Source of the DNA: an uncultured delta proteobacterium | GTDB taxonomy: Bacteria > Desulfobacterota > RBG-13-43-22 | Assembly: GCA_963802945.1 (NCBI GenBank) | Contig: CAWDKY010000014.1 | Location: forward strand, 128,001-192,000 | Reading direction: 5' to 3' | Length of the DNA stretch: 64,000 bases | In this document: positions 42,204 through 51,811 of the stretch, in pieces | Position numbering within the stretch: the stretch's first letter is position 1 | Layout of the letters: the number at the start of each line of letters is the position of its first letter | Translations under genes and position numbers: made by a program | Notes under the pieces: model-generated | What the model saw: only the letters and a program-made list of their open reading frames with translations | Told to the model about the DNA's origin: nothing | Databases searched by the model: none

Positions 42204-42986
42204 TCATCGAGAGAGGAGAACGATCAGAAGAGATAAAAAAATCATGACATGAGCGGTGATAATACCCCATTTATGGCGATGGTAGAATTCGTTTGCCTTT
42301 TGAATCCGCTCGAGTCCACCACATAATCGCCTGAAACGCTCAAGAACCGGGTATTTGTTATTGTCCGAGGCAAAATCTTTTTGAAACGCAAACATGGGAC
42401 AAACGGCGTAGAGGTGATCAGTCAGCGGCCGAAACAGGGTATCGATGACAACCCCTTGCCAGGGCTGAGAAGCCACGGTTTCAGCGTAAGATCTGTTTAA
42501 GGCATAGGCATGGGCAAGGCTCTGGTAAACGACTTTTTGTATGAAGGGATTAGTCGTTCTCCGACTTGAGCGTATTAAGGCCCCCAAAAGCAGCACTTTC
42601 CAGTCCGGATGGTCTATGAGAAATTGAGTGCATTGCTTGAAGCGCTCTAGGTCAAAGCGGTCAAAAATGATGTCATCTTCGAAAACGACGATACTTTCTG
42701 CGCCGGCATCCAAGCCGTTACGCAGGCAGGTTATGTGAGATTCATACATCCCTTGTTCGACATTGAAGGGATGACGTTTGACAATGACGAATTCAACTTT
42801 TCCGGTCAGTCCTACCTTCGAGAACGAGGCTGCAGCCGACTGCCGCCGGTCTTCACGCTCTTCCAAGGAGATGCAATAGATGCGATCAAAAAAATTCCAG
42901 CCATAAGTCTCTTTCTTCACGATGTCCTCGATCAAGAGCTTTTTTCTTTGACGAACCAATATAATATGAGTATTGTGCCCTGTCAA
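42204..42986 (-). CDS. Glycosyltransferase family 25-like protein
   Basis: IYCISL..REDRR, GMYESH, VFEDD, AHAYALN; C-terminal TM; start uncertain. Confidence 0.8.
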   Translation of the reverse strand: MTGHNTHIILVRQRKKLLIEDIVKKETYGWNFFDRIYCISLEEREDRRQSAAASFSKVGLTGKVEFVIVKRHPFNVEQGMYESHITCLRNGLDAGAESIVVFEDDIIFDRFDLERFKQCTQFLIDHPDWKVLLLGALIRSSRRTTNPFIQKVVYQSLAHAYALNRSYAETVASQPWQGVVIDTLFRPLTDHLYAVCPMFAFQKDFASDNNKYPVLERFRRLCGGLERIQKANEFYHRHKWGIITAHVMIFLSLLIVLLSR

Positions 42987-43021
42987 GAGATGGCTGGAAG
43001 TGGACTTTCTGTGATTTTTTA

Positions 43022-43062
43022 GGTAAGCCTCCGGCTCTGCCGGAAGTCGAGTGACTTACCTG
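43022..43062. mobile_element. Possible IS200/IS605-type end hairpin remnant
   Basis: GTAAGCCTCCGGCTCTGCCGGAAG subterminal-type hairpin; no transposase nearby. Confidence 0.4.
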
Positions 43063-43074
43063 GAATAAGGTCTT

Positions 43075-43425
43075 ATGATTCGAAGAAAAATTATCGAATA
43101 CCTTACCGAGAGAAAATTTATCATCGAGATACTTGAGAATCCGACGGATCTCAGTGAATTCAAAGAACGTCCGACGGCGCGTTTGATCTTCGGATTGATC
43201 TTGATGGGGTTGAGTTATGTTATCGGATGGCCGGCAGTGGCCGTTTTGAGCCTTCTAGCGGCCTGGTTCAGGAAACCGATGATTGCCGTCATCGGCTGCC
43301 CAACGACCTACGGTCTCTCCTATGTGGTCTTTATTGTCGGCGCCTGGCTTGCCCGCGCACCCCACTATCTGGGGATTCTGGGGAAATACACCCTACAAAA
43401 TTTCCTCAAAAAATTGCTCTCCTAA
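43075..43425 (+). CDS. Small membrane protein (2 TM)
   Basis: Two hydrophobic segments; no family recognised. Confidence 0.7.
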   Translation: MIRRKIIEYLTERKFIIEILENPTDLSEFKERPTARLIFGLILMGLSYVIGWPAVAVLSLLAAWFRKPMIAVIGCPTTYGLSYVVFIVGAWLARAPHYLGILGKYTLQNFLKKLLS

Positions 43426-43652
43426 TTGGATGGAGGAAGTTATGGCCGAAGGCATCAAGAGGGGAAAAAGTGGAACCCCGCCATTCATGATGTCGAATAG
43501 GCAGGAGGTCCTTGCCAAGCTGAGCTTTACCCATCTTGGCATCTTCAGGCTGTCTCCGGAAAAGGTCCAATCGGCGCCGCTGATATAAAAATGGCAACCG
43601 AACCCCCTCCAAAGCCTTTCGAATGGATTGGGATAATTCTCCCATATCGATA

Positions 43653-43985
43653 TCAAGAGACAGGGGCGTCTCCCTTAGACACGGCCACGGCAAATTTACA
43701 AAATTGTTCCCAGGTACTGAAATCATACCACCACTTGAACCCCATATCCTCAATCCCGCACTCTTTTAGTTCCTGAGTCAGTTCAGAAAGCATCATAAAG
43801 AGGGAGTTCTTTATAGGGGAATCGGGATAATCCGTCTTTTCAGGATCTTTCCCAAGACTGCCCTCCTGATAAACCGGGTGTCCCAAATTCCCTTTTAGAA
43901 AACCATATCCGGCTTTGCTCTCGATAAGTGCTTTAAGCCCCAAATAGAGAAACTGCTGTTGTGAGAAGGTCAGATGGCTAAACAT
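43653..43985 (-). CDS. Hypothetical protein
   Basis: 110-aa ORF with AAGGAG RBS. Confidence 0.6.
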   Translation of the reverse strand: MFSHLTFSQQQFLYLGLKALIESKAGYGFLKGNLGHPVYQEGSLGKDPEKTDYPDSPIKNSLFMMLSELTQELKECGIEDMGFKWWYDFSTWEQFCKFAVAVSKGDAPVS

Positions 43986-44059
43986 ATCGATGCTCCTTGT
44001 TCTTTACCGAAAGGTTCTTTTATCCCGCAATCCGTAATCGGCAATTCGAAAATGAACGC

Positions 44060-45061
44060 CTATACCGCCTGCAATCGTTTCTTTCCATCCGTTGAAAAAT
44101 AGATCAGCCCGTCCCTGAGTTCTCTTTGGACCAGACCCTTATTCTCCAGATAGATCAAATGGGAGATGGCTTCAGCAGTGGCAAACCATTTTTGCATGAC
44201 CGGAAAATCGTCCCAGGATTTGGCCACGATATCCCAGGTCATTTTCGAGGCCGTCCAGTAAGCGGTGAGGGTTTCCTCTTGCAGGATGGAAATCACTTCG
44301 TTGGCCCGGATACGATGATGTTCGAGCAATTCCAAAACCCGTTTTTTAAAGTCGGTAATAAAGCTCCGATGTCCGGGAAGACATAGCCGCACATCCATTT
44401 CATAGACTTTTTTCAGACTCTTGATATACAGGGCAAGAGGATCATGGTCATCGGACCAGTTTTGTATATTGGGGGTGATGTCGCCCAGCACATGGTCCCC
44501 TGAGAAAAAGATCTTTTTATCCCGCTCATACAGACAGACATGACTTAAGGTATGTCCGGGTGTGGATACCACTTCCAAGGTATAATCCCCAACTTTGAAA
44601 ATATCTCCAGCCCGGGTAACCTGATAATCCACCACGGATTCCGGTCCATACTTAAAACCGGGATGGTTCACCATGGCAGACTGGAGTTCCTCGTCGGGGA
44701 AGCCGCTCTTGGCGGCATAATCCCCCATGGGAGAACGTCGGGCATGGGGTGTAGTGCCCGCCTTTAATCGATAGGCATCGTCTTCTCCCATATAGGCCCT
44801 TGACCCATCTCTCATCAAACCGGCCACCATCCCCTGATGATCGGCGTGCAAATGGGTGATGAAAAAGTCGGTCTTTCCCAGATCCACACCGATCTCTTCA
44901 AGACCCGGCTCCAAGACCTGTTTGCAAGCAGGACGGTTCATACCCGTATCGATGACCAGGTTCCGGTCGTCTGAGGTAAGGACATATGAGTTGATTTCTT
45001 TGAGGGGGTTCCCCGGCAAGGGAACGACAATTCGGTACAATTGAGGCAAAATCTCTTCCAT
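44060..45061 (-). CDS. MBL-fold metallo-hydrolase
   Basis: IDTG, THLHADH, TPGHT, SGDH, PGH. Confidence 0.92.
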   Translation of the reverse strand: MEEILPQLYRIVVPLPGNPLKEINSYVLTSDDRNLVIDTGMNRPACKQVLEPGLEEIGVDLGKTDFFITHLHADHQGMVAGLMRDGSRAYMGEDDAYRLKAGTTPHARRSPMGDYAAKSGFPDEELQSAMVNHPGFKYGPESVVDYQVTRAGDIFKVGDYTLEVVSTPGHTLSHVCLYERDKKIFFSGDHVLGDITPNIQNWSDDHDPLALYIKSLKKVYEMDVRLCLPGHRSFITDFKKRVLELLEHHRIRANEVISILQEETLTAYWTASKMTWDIVAKSWDDFPVMQKWFATAEAISHLIYLENKGLVQRELRDGLIYFSTDGKKRLQAV

Positions 45062-45244
45062 AATCAAAAATCTCCTTTAATAGAATAGACAAATGGAATG
45101 TTAATAATCAGACCTGTTGAAACTTAGTGGGAAATGATGGCCAAAGATCGGGTTGTTGTGGGATCATTTATTTTCTCCTTGTAACACAGGTTCATGCTTT
45201 CTTTCAGGTTATGCCAGATTAAGGATTTAAGAAAGGATCTCCTT

Positions 45245-45260
45245 TGGCATGGAAAGAGCA
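45245..45260 (+). promoter_or_regulatory. Possible sigma54 promoter
   Basis: TGGCATGGAAAGAGCA has GG-N10-GC spacing; lacks the TT before GC. Confidence 0.35.
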
Positions 45261-45366
45261 TAGAATAAGCTAATGGAAGGGTCAAGGATAAAAAATCGAG
45301 TCCCTTTTTCTCCTTGATCCCTTTTTCTCCTTGCCCTATACTCTTTCCATCTTAATAAACTTTTTT

Positions 45367-46437
45367 ATGAGTATGCTGCAAGGTCGAATTGATATTCATC
45401 ACCATGTTATCCCGCCTGCCTTTTTAGAGGCGATGGCCGACAAGGGGATTAGCCAGGTAGCAGGTGCCCCCCTGCCAAGGTGGACGCCCGAAGCCTCGAT
45501 GGCGGTCATGGATATGAACGGGATTCAGACCGCAATGACCTCCATTTCTGCGCCGGGCGTGTATTTCGGAAGCGTACCGGATGCCTGTGATCTGGCACGT
45601 CGATGCAATGAATTCTCGGCGGATGTGAAGTCCCGATATCCGGGTCGCTTCGGTTCATTGGCCGTCTTACCCATGCCTTTTACTGAACAGGCCTGCAAGG
45701 AAGCCGTCTATGCCCTCGATACTCTGCTGGCAGACGGCATTGGACTGCTGGGCAGTACCGAAGGAAAGTTTCTCGGAGATCCCGCCTTTGAGGAGCTGAT
45801 GGCCGAACTGGACCGACGCCAGGCCGCCGTCTTTGTGCATCCGAACCTTCATGCTACGAGCCAGGCTATCGGGTTGAATGTGCCGGGGTTTCTGATCGAG
45901 TTTCTCTGTGATACAACACGGGCTGCGCTCAATCTGATTGTTTCCGGAACCACAGAGAAGTATCCCAATATTCGATGGATACTTGCCCATGCCGGGGGGT
46001 TTTTGCCCTACGTGGCTTGGCGGGTTTCTCTGGGAAATCTCATGCCGGAGGTCAGCCAACATGCCCCCCAGGGGATGCTGGCCTATATTAAACGCTTTTA
46101 TTTCGATACGGCCTTGTCTCCTTCTCCATACACAATGGCTGCTCTTAAGGAGCTTGTTGAGCCGTCCCACATCCTTTTCGGCAGTGATTTTCCTTTTGCC
46201 CCCGCAGCAATCTCTGCGCTTCAAGTGCAAACCTTGGATCGCTCTCCTATATGGGATGACAATACCAAATACGGGATCAACCGTGGTCATGCACTCAGTC
46301 TTTTTCCCGCCCATAAAAGGGTTGATGAGGTTGTCGCTCTACAGCCGGTCTATGGGCAGCAATCTTTCAGCGTCCGTATTATGCGGGTCTTGGTAAAACC
46401 ATTGGTCGCTGTGGCTGACCGTTTAAGGAACAAGTAA
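45367..46437 (+). CDS. Amidohydrolase_2 family protein (aromatic-acid decarboxylase-like)
   Basis: DIHHH, FVHP, AHAGGFLPY, YFDTA, FGSDFPF. Confidence 0.9.
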   Translation: MSMLQGRIDIHHHVIPPAFLEAMADKGISQVAGAPLPRWTPEASMAVMDMNGIQTAMTSISAPGVYFGSVPDACDLARRCNEFSADVKSRYPGRFGSLAVLPMPFTEQACKEAVYALDTLLADGIGLLGSTEGKFLGDPAFEELMAELDRRQAAVFVHPNLHATSQAIGLNVPGFLIEFLCDTTRAALNLIVSGTTEKYPNIRWILAHAGGFLPYVAWRVSLGNLMPEVSQHAPQGMLAYIKRFYFDTALSPSPYTMAALKELVEPSHILFGSDFPFAPAAISALQVQTLDRSPIWDDNTKYGINRGHALSLFPAHKRVDEVVALQPVYGQQSFSVRIMRVLVKPLVAVADRLRNK

Positions 46438-46559
46438 ATCGGCACTTATCATAGCGGACCGCTTATCCCGGTTAATTAAAGGGTCTTGATCCCATGAAAC
46501 GTTTCTTCTTGATCGTTATGCTTGAACTCATACGGTATCAGAAACCTTCCGTAATGAAA

Positions 46560-46640
46560 ATGAGGTTCAAGGGCTTTGGTTTTGGATGGGGGTCTCTGTT
46601 TTTCCTGCCGTAAACCCAAATGACCTAAGATAGGTTTAGT
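46560..46640 (-). pseudogene. Possible C-terminal remnant of an IS91-like transposase
   Basis: Minus strand reads ILGHLGLRQEKQRPPSKTKA, resembling the IL.HLGL...RPPP tail of IS91-family proteins (from memory, not searched). Confidence 0.35.
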
Positions 46641-46737
46641 GCTGCCGATTAGGCAAAAGACGAAGTAGAGACAAAGATGTTCATCCCTTACTTTTGGTAA
46701 AGGATGAAAAATAGGGAAGTAGCAGAATAGAGGCAAG

Positions 46738-47319
46738 TCATCTGAAAAACAGTCCAAGCGATAAGGTAACAGCATTTATGCCAATATTTTCGTGATTGAG
46801 TCCGGCATTGGAGACGTGATATAAACGGATGGCGGAGAACCACTTTGTATCTCCAATGTGATACTCGGTTCCAATACCAAGTTGAGGATTGAAGTTGATC
46901 CGCAATCCTTGACCTTCAACCTGAAAGTCGGTGTAGATAATGCCGATGCCTCCCTCTACATAGGGGTGGAAAAATTTAGTGTCGAGACACCTCAGATAGT
47001 ATAGGTGGAATATATTGGCCGAGGTTATAAGGCGTGTGTACGGCCCTGACGTTACGCCTGCTGTCAGTTCCACTTTGAATTTTAGTTGCTCCGGCGGTTT
47101 ACGGCCCCACATCTTGGGGTGATTGAACAGGCCAATGCCCGAGAGAAGGGCAAACTTGATGTCTCCCTCGGGAGTGTAAGTTGTGCCGCCTGTGATCGCG
47201 AAGCCATAGTGGCCCGGAACCGGCTGGGTCGTATTGTTGTCCTGTGCGAAACATATAGCGCACCCGAGAAACAGAAAGACAACAAGTATGACAAATGAAA
47301 GAAGGAGAATTCTATACAA
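46738..47319 (-). CDS. PagL-like lipid A deacylase / acyloxyacyl hydrolase outer-membrane barrel
   Basis: Signal peptide; PYVEGGIG, NFNPQLGIG, catalytic HVSNAG, NIGIN. Confidence 0.85.
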   Translation of the reverse strand: MYRILLLSFVILVVFLFLGCAICFAQDNNTTQPVPGHYGFAITGGTTYTPEGDIKFALLSGIGLFNHPKMWGRKPPEQLKFKVELTAGVTSGPYTRLITSANIFHLYYLRCLDTKFFHPYVEGGIGIIYTDFQVEGQGLRINFNPQLGIGTEYHIGDTKWFSAIRLYHVSNAGLNHENIGINAVTLSLGLFFR

Positions 47320-47349
47320 AGTTGAAATCGTGCCTACCAGACTAAATTG

Positions 47350-47414
47350 GTAAGAAGTTACTTTTTGATGGAAAGAATATAAAGAATATAAGGAAAGAAA
47401 AAGGCATGGTCAAG
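47350..47414 (-). promoter_or_regulatory. sigma70 promoter module, second copy
   Basis: TTGACC-17-TATATT, then AAAAAGTAACTTCTTACC; matches 3530-3585. Confidence 0.65.
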
Positions 47415-47716
47415 AAAAAAAATAACTCTTAAGGCAAGTGGACAAAGGGTGTCTTCTGAAGAAAATGGAACAAGGCAGGGCTGGCCCTTAAGAATAGCCG
47501 TTAACGATTACCATTTAAATTCTTCTCTTTTTTCAAAAAGGGTATTGCTTGGGCTGTTCGTTCGGGTCGAGAGTTTACAAGGGCCTGCTTTTTCCGAAAG
47601 TCCCCTGCTCAAAGCAAACATCTCCGTCATGGGCGGACTATATTTTTCCTGGATTTTTATGGAATCCAAAACCCTGGTCGAGGCCGACAAATAACCGCTC
47701 CTAACCATCTTATTAT

Positions 47717-48442
47717 CTAGGCACAGACCGGACATTCGGGATTTGGTTCAATCCGGACTTCTGAAAAGCGCATCTCCAACCCATTATAAACAAGAAGTCG
47801 GCCGGTAAGGAGTTTTCCAAAACCAACCAAATATTTAATGGCCTCATTGGCTTCGATCAGGCCGATAATTCCCGGGGTAGTCCCTAAGACTGGGAATTTC
47901 TGCGGCGGAGGGGCTTGAGGGAAAAGACATTTCAAACAAGGGGTCTGTCCGGGCTGGATCACGGTGATCATGCCCATCATACCAAGGATGCCTCCATAGA
48001 TAAAAGGGATCCTCTGGCGTATTATCTGTTGGTTGATCAAATACCGGGTCGGAAAATTATCCAAGCCATCCAGGACCAAATCGCACCCGTTCAGCAATTC
48101 GGGCAGGGATTCCTCGTTAATCTCTTCTTTTCGGATCTCCAGGTCAATTCTTGGATTTAGCTTGGATAGTTTTTCTTTGGCTGATTCCACTTTGGGCCTA
48201 TTGATGTCCGGTTCCCAGTGGAGGATCTGCCGGTTTAAGTTGCTGAGATCCACCTGATCCTTGTCTACAATCCGCAAGGCGCCTAGGCCGGCGGCGGTTA
48301 AATAATAGGCGGCAGCCGAACCTAGGCCACCAAGGCCGGCAATCAAGATCCGGCTTTTTTTTAATTTTTCCTGCCCTTCTTCCCCAAAATGTTTAATCAT
48401 GATTTGCCGATTATAGCGAAGGGCTTCCCGGTCATCGAGCAT
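47717..48442 (-). CDS. HesA/MoeB/ThiF family adenylyltransferase
   Basis: RYNRQI, GLGGLG, SNLNRQ, two CxxC motifs. Confidence 0.93.
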   Translation of the reverse strand: MLDDREALRYNRQIMIKHFGEEGQEKLKKSRILIAGLGGLGSAAAYYLTAAGLGALRIVDKDQVDLSNLNRQILHWEPDINRPKVESAKEKLSKLNPRIDLEIRKEEINEESLPELLNGCDLVLDGLDNFPTRYLINQQIIRQRIPFIYGGILGMMGMITVIQPGQTPCLKCLFPQAPPPQKFPVLGTTPGIIGLIEANEAIKYLVGFGKLLTGRLLVYNGLEMRFSEVRIEPNPECPVCA

Positions 48443-48783
48443 CTGGGACCTCCTTTGGGTTTTTCGTCAAGCCTATTATCTACCACTGGGAAAAATTCGG
48501 TCAATCTTTTTTATGTCTTTGTCCCAGAGGTCTTTTTCACGGCGTTCGGTCAAAAGAGATTAGTAAAAACTGTCTAACAGATTGTATTTTCTTTTGTTTT
48601 ATACAATAGATCCTGACCTATTTTCTTGTTTAAAAAAATTGTTTGACCTTTGGAGAAAAATAATCTAAGCTCCCCACTTATTTGAAGGTCCAAAGCCTTT
48701 AATCCATCCAAGGATAATCCCAAAGACTTGCAACTCGTTGGTTTTTGGTAAAAAATTATTTATCGAATAAGGAGGAAGAATCA

Positions 48784-48969
48784 ATGTTTCAAGTTACGGT
48801 TGACGCCGACAAATGTACAGGAGATTCCAACTGTGTGGATACCTGTCCGGTTAGTGTTTTTGAACTGCAGGATGAAAAGGCCGTACCCGTCAATATGGAC
48901 GAATGCCTGGGCTGCGAAAGCTGTGTCGAAGTTTGTGAAAGCGGGGCTATTACAGTAAAAGAAGTATAG
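48784..48969 (+). CDS. Dicluster ferredoxin (61 aa)
   Basis: CTGDSNCVDTCP and CLGCESCVEVC; AGGAGG RBS; TTGACC-17-TAAGCT upstream. Confidence 0.92.
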   Translation: MFQVTVDADKCTGDSNCVDTCPVSVFELQDEKAVPVNMDECLGCESCVEVCESGAITVKEV

Positions 48970-49029
48970 CCTTTCCGATCATTTTTACGTTGGGAACAGG
49001 TCAGGGAATTCCCCGGCCTGTTCTTTTTT

Positions 49030-50775
49030 ATGGACCTTTCTTCCCTAACACCATCACAAGAGCAGGCGGTCAGACATCGGGGAAGCCCCTTGATTGTTTT
49101 GGCTGGGCCCGGGACAGGGAAGACCAGAACCCTGACCCTTCGTATCGCCCACCTGATAGAATCTGGAATCACCCGCCCTGATCAAATACTGGCCATCACC
49201 TTTACCAATAAAGCCGCCGAGGAAATGAGGTCCCGGATAGAACAACTCTGTCGATCGATCGAAAGTGCTTCCCTGCCCTGGATTTCCACTTTTCACGGCT
49301 TTTGTTTCCGCTTCCTTCGGGAGCATCTTTCTACCTCTTTTCAATTATTATCTGAAAATGAGTCCTTGGTTTTTCTCAAAGAAACCGTCCGAAAACAATT
49401 CCCCGACTTCCCGACCCAGTCTTTAAAGGACTTAGCCCGGCACATCTCCTGGGCCAAGAATGCCTTGATTCTACCAGATTTACCAGAAACACTCCCCCAT
49501 TGGGATACCTATCCAAAGTGGCCTTCCTGCTATCAAGTCTTTCAGGAAAAGCTTGCTGATCACCAATTTTGGGATTTTGATGAACTCCTTATTCAAGCCG
49601 TTACCCTCATGGAAAGAAATCCCGACCTGAGGGCCGTGCTTCAAGCCCGATTCCCCCATGTATTCATTGATGAATTTCAGGATATCAACCCTTGCCAATA
49701 TCGGCTCTTTCAACTATTGACCCAAAAAAATGGGGAATGGATGGTTATTGGCGACCCCAATCAGGCTATCTACGGCTTCCGGGGGGCCAGCGCCGATTTT
49801 TTCTCCCGCCTCCGACAAGATTGTCCCTCTTCGACGGAAATTGTTCTTAGGGAGACTTTTCGGCTGAACCGGACCGTCCTGGCAGCTTCGTCTCAGGTCA
49901 TAAGGAGTTCGCCCCGGAACTTAATCTCAAACCGAAAAGGGGAGCCCTCATTTCCCGTGGTCAGTCTGTCCTCGGCCGAAGAAGAAGGGGAATACATCAC
50001 CCGGATGATAGAAGAAGAAATGGGGGGGCTGAGCCTGTCAGCCGAAGGGCCGAATTCTTTTTTTAGGCAGAACCAGCCCCGAAGTTTTGCCGATTTTGCT
50101 GTTCTTTACCGCCTTCACGCCCAAGGGGTACTGCTGGCCAAGGCCTTTTCAAAGAAGGGGATCCCCTTTAAAAAGATACAGGAAGTGCACTGGGTGGAAA
50201 GGGCGGAAATTCGCGCCTGCTTGACTTTGCTCAAGGCTTTACCCTCTTTAGAGGTTTCCCCGGCGGAAGCAATAGAAGAGGTTGTTTCGCATGAAAATCC
50301 AGAAGTTCATCCGACCACGGCCGAAGGAGCTGAAGCCTTGAAAAAGCTTCGTCTATGGGCGGCCACGTTCAAAGGTCGTCTGGGAGAATTTATTGAGGTC
50401 CTTTCGATTCAAACCGGACTGGATACCTATGAACCGGATCAGGAAACCGTTAAACTTTTGACCCTTCATGCAGCCAAAGGCTTAGAGTTTCCCATAGTCA
50501 TCATTGCCGGTTGTGAGGCTAACCTTCTTCCCCTCTCTTTGCTTAAGGAATCGGATCTGGAAGAAGAACGGCGTCTTTTTTACGTGGGCTTGACCCGAGC
50601 CAAAGAAAAAATTATTTTGACCTGGGCCAAAAAACGAACCTTATTCGGGCAGAAACTGGTCCAATCCCCCTCTCCGTTTCTAGAAAATATTGAAGCCCTC
50701 CTAAAAGATCAGATTAATATTGAAGGGACTAAGCCATCGAAGAAACCGCTTAAAAAGCAGATGTCCCTGTTTTAA
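49030..50775 (+). CDS. UvrD/PcrA-like SF1 helicase (compact form)
   Basis: AGPGTGKT, TFTNKAA, DEFQD, GDPNQAIYGFRGA, TLHAAKGLEF, EERRLFYVGLTRA. Confidence 0.93.
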   Translation: MDLSSLTPSQEQAVRHRGSPLIVLAGPGTGKTRTLTLRIAHLIESGITRPDQILAITFTNKAAEEMRSRIEQLCRSIESASLPWISTFHGFCFRFLREHLSTSFQLLSENESLVFLKETVRKQFPDFPTQSLKDLARHISWAKNALILPDLPETLPHWDTYPKWPSCYQVFQEKLADHQFWDFDELLIQAVTLMERNPDLRAVLQARFPHVFIDEFQDINPCQYRLFQLLTQKNGEWMVIGDPNQAIYGFRGASADFFSRLRQDCPSSTEIVLRETFRLNRTVLAASSQVIRSSPRNLISNRKGEPSFPVVSLSSAEEEGEYITRMIEEEMGGLSLSAEGPNSFFRQNQPRSFADFAVLYRLHAQGVLLAKAFSKKGIPFKKIQEVHWVERAEIRACLTLLKALPSLEVSPAEAIEEVVSHENPEVHPTTAEGAEALKKLRLWAATFKGRLGEFIEVLSIQTGLDTYEPDQETVKLLTLHAAKGLEFPIVIIAGCEANLLPLSLLKESDLEEERRLFYVGLTRAKEKIILTWAKKRTLFGQKLVQSPSPFLENIEALLKDQINIEGTKPSKKPLKKQMSLF

Positions 50776-50905
50776 TTGGGAGATCTCTTTTGGGTTTAAA
50801 ATTTACCGGGTTATCTTGACAAGAATCCAGCAGATGATTATCTGTTAAATAAAAGCATGTTATTTAGTAATGCCGAAGATTAAAATATAAAAAGGGGGTG
50901 TTCCT

Positions 50906-51352
50906 ATGTTTGACCTTGTGCCATGGGAAAGAACAAAAACCTTATCCAAGTTAAGAAAAGAGATGGATGATTTGTGGGGCCGTTTTTTCGGGGATGCCGG
51001 TTTTCCGATCTTCTCAGAAGCGGCCTGGGCACCGGCTTTGGATGTCAAGGAGACAAAAGAAAACATAGTGGTCACCGCTGAAATCCCGGGTTTAAATGCC
51101 AAAGAGGTGGAAGTGACCATCAGCGGTGATTTGCTGACCATCAAAGGGGAAAAGAAACAGGAAAAAGAAGAAAAGGACGAGTCCTATCACCTGATCGAAC
51201 GACGTTACGGCTCTTTTTCCCGGAGTATCCGGCTGACCACCGATGTAGATGCAAAAAATATCAAGGCCTCTCATAAAGAGGGGATCCTGACTATTACCTT
51301 GCCTAAAAGCGAGAAGGCCAAAGAAAAACAGATCAAGATTAATGTAGAATAA
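50906..51352 (+). CDS. Hsp20/alpha-crystallin small heat-shock protein
   Basis: PALDVKE, ERRYGSFSRSI, GILTITLPK. Confidence 0.95.
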   Translation: MFDLVPWERTKTLSKLRKEMDDLWGRFFGDAGFPIFSEAAWAPALDVKETKENIVVTAEIPGLNAKEVEVTISGDLLTIKGEKKQEKEEKDESYHLIERRYGSFSRSIRLTTDVDAKNIKASHKEGILTITLPKSEKAKEKQIKINVE

Positions 51353-51369
51353 GATCCGAACAATAACCG

Positions 51370-51411
51370 AAAAAGAAAAGGCCGTATCATCCGATACGGC
51401 CTTTTCTTTTT
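51370..51411 (+). terminator. Intrinsic terminator after Hsp20
   Basis: AAAAGAAAAGGCCGTATC-ATCC-GATACGGCCTTTTCTTTT. Confidence 0.88.
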
Positions 51412-51526
51412 AAACCCTATTGCCCGTTTGGGGTGGGTACCACGAAACATGAAAATTTTTATAAGGATTCAAGGGGTCAATGGATTGAAAGGTTCAATTT
51501 TAAACCTATCCTCATTGTTTTTTTTC

Positions 51527-51556
51527 TTGACAAAGGGGTACTTCTTCCATTAAATT
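51527..51556 (+). promoter_or_regulatory. Putative sigma70 promoter of the aro operon leader
   Basis: TTGACA at 51527, 18-nt spacer, TAAATT. Confidence 0.55.
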
Positions 51557-51589
51557 ATTTACTATTGAGAGGTAAGTAGGGCGAAATTG

Positions 51590-51676
51590 ATGGAAAAAAG
51601 ACTTTATAGCTATAATTTTTGGTATTATTTTTATTATTACTTTCCACCGGTCTGCCCATCGCTTTGGAGGACTTAA
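51590..51676 (+). CDS. Aromatic amino acid attenuator leader peptide MEKRLYSYNFWYYFYYYFPPVCPSLWRT
   Basis: 28 codons: 7 Tyr, 3 Phe, 2 Trp; nine consecutive aromatic codons; directly upstream of a terminator and the aro operon. Confidence 0.88.
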   Translation: MEKRLYSYNFWYYFYYYFPPVCPSLWRT

Positions 51677-51746
51677 AGAAACTTAAAAAGAAAATAAATC
51701 AAAAAAAGCCATGGGGAGACGGAAAGATGCTCCTCATGGCTTTTTT
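51650..51746 (+). terminator. Attenuator: alternative antiterminator (51650-51665 with 51705-51720) and terminator (51708-51746)
   Basis: Terminator GCCATGGGGAG/CTCCTCATGGC followed by U6; GTCTGCCCATCGCTTT pairs 14/16 with AAAGCCATGGGGAGAC. Confidence 0.85.
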
Positions 51747-51811
51747 GTTTTTACAGCATAGGATAGCCGGGAGCAACAACGTCGACCCAGGTCGTTTGAA
51801 AGGAGTTAATC

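Noticed and set aside
47508-47735. Small ORF downstream of the MoeB/ThiF gene as a MoaD/ThiS sulfur carrier
   Set aside because: No C-terminal Gly-Gly and no recognisable beta-grasp sequence.
50790-50905. CIRCE operator upstream of Hsp20
   Set aside because: No TTAGCACTC-N9-GAGTGCTAA; only a sigma70-like promoter.
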